This document shows positions 63,801 to 64,000 of a DNA stretch of 64,000 nucleotides, piece after piece. Position 1 is the stretch's first letter; every line of letters starts with the position of its first letter. A program made the position numbers and the translations under genes. Source of the DNA: Vicugna vicugna (taxonomy: Eukaryota); assembly GCA_013265495.1 (NCBI GenBank), contig MU058636.1, positions 10,329,066 to 10,393,065 on the forward strand, read 5' to 3'. A model generated the notes under the pieces. The model worked only from the letters and a program-made list of their open reading frames with translations, had not been told where the DNA came from and ran no database searches.

Positions 63801-64000
63801 ACTAGTCTAAAGGACGGCCCCGCTGAATCCAGCCCCCAGGCTGAAGGCTAGATGCCCACTTTAGGTTTTGTGGTTGGCTGTCATGCAGCATAAAGAGCTG
63901 CTGGAAGATGTGCTTCACCAAAAGACGAAATAAACTAAGAAGGAGGAAGACGTGAGCTACATGAAGAAATAGAACCAACGGAGGAGAGAGGTATCCTTAG

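Overview
Mammalian genomic DNA covering the 5' end of FOXO1 on the minus strand. The lineage is inferred to be camelid from three tRNA-Ala-derived vic-1-type SINEs and an artiodactyl-type Tigger1 derivative; I recognised no Alu, B1, Bov-tA or PRE-1. The only supported coding segment is FOXO1 coding exon 1 (44259->43621, 213 codons, ending at a GTGAGT donor inside the forkhead domain). It lies in a ~3 kb CpG island. Positions 1-43620 are part of the large intron 1, and exon 2 is outside the window. Positions ~45.6-64 kb are upstream intergenic sequence. The rest is old interspersed repeats (L1M, L2, MIR, MLT1, MER20, MER5, Tigger1) and microsatellites. Repeat names and human comparisons come from memory of consensus and reference sequences, not from searches. 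I found no convincing new biological system. The best leads are regulatory: a 7-codon uORF in the 5' UTR, a perfect FOXO element in the promoter, a longer poly-Ala tract, a TCF/LEF-PBX-C/EBP motif cluster in intron 1, a second promoter-like CpG block in intron 1, and a near-intact tRNA-like SINE antisense to the gene.
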